From positions 1-42,271 of the forward strand of contig CANKOL010000004.1 in the NCBI GenBank assembly GCA_947483975.1: a stretch of 42,271 bases of DNA, written 5' to 3'. This stretch comes from Sandaracinaceae bacterium (GTDB taxonomy: Bacteria > Myxococcota_A > Polyangia > Polyangiales > JADJQN01). Shown here piece after piece: positions 42,150 through 42,271 of this stretch (position 1 is its first letter; the number at the start of each line of letters is the position of its first letter). Under the pieces are notes generated by a model that was given only the letters and a program-made list of their open reading frames with translations, was not told the origin of the DNA and searched no databases. Made by a program: the position numbers and the translations under genes.

Positions 42150-42271
42150 AGATCGTCGAGGCCGCCAAGCGGATCGTCGCTGTTGCCACCGCCCCCGCCA
42201 CCGGCCGGGCGATGACCGCCACCACCGCCGCCAGCCGGGCGATGCCCATTTCCGCCGGGACGCGCGACGCC
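42146..42271 (-). CDS. 3' end of an upstream gene (partial): GVARPGGNGHRPAGGGGGGHRPAGGGGGGNSDDPLGGLDDL*
   Basis: Frame open to the window edge; its TGA overlaps the pyrF TTG (TTGA). Confidence 0.6.
   Translation of the reverse strand, partial: GVARPGGNGHRPAGGGGGGHRPAGGGGGGNSDDPLGGLDDL

Overview
High-GC (roughly 70%, by eye), gene-dense bacterial chromosomal segment, most likely Myxococcota (Polyangiales/Sandaracinaceae-like). This is inferred from Hanks-type kinases, a PEGA domain, a MYXO-CTERM-like tail and DAG/DLG linkers. The window opens with the 3' end of a group II intron (end of the RT ORF, domain V, domain VI) whose last two bases supply the AT of the next gene's ATG. About 33 CDS follow. 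Housekeeping: thiD, leuS, a parC-parE-like type IIA topoisomerase pair, hutU-hutI, guaB-guaA, a CinA-like gene, rlmB, pyrF. Signalling: an active Ser/Thr kinase, a pseudokinase with a V4R-like tail, a degenerate GGDEF protein, two hybrid histidine kinases. Also a VapBC-type TA module and many exported proteins (GH31, LysM-M23, DLG-repeat/LTD, alpha/beta hydrolases, 8x IPT/TIG, MYXO-CTERM-like). Best candidates for new biology: (1) the start-codon-embedded group II intron; (2) an orphan ParA carrying two TRASH-type metal-binding fingers, with an RHH partner and an upstream palindrome; (3) a recurrent leaderless-promoter architecture; (4) adjacent catalytically dead GGDEF and kinase genes. All calls come from motif recognition by eye; no database search was run.
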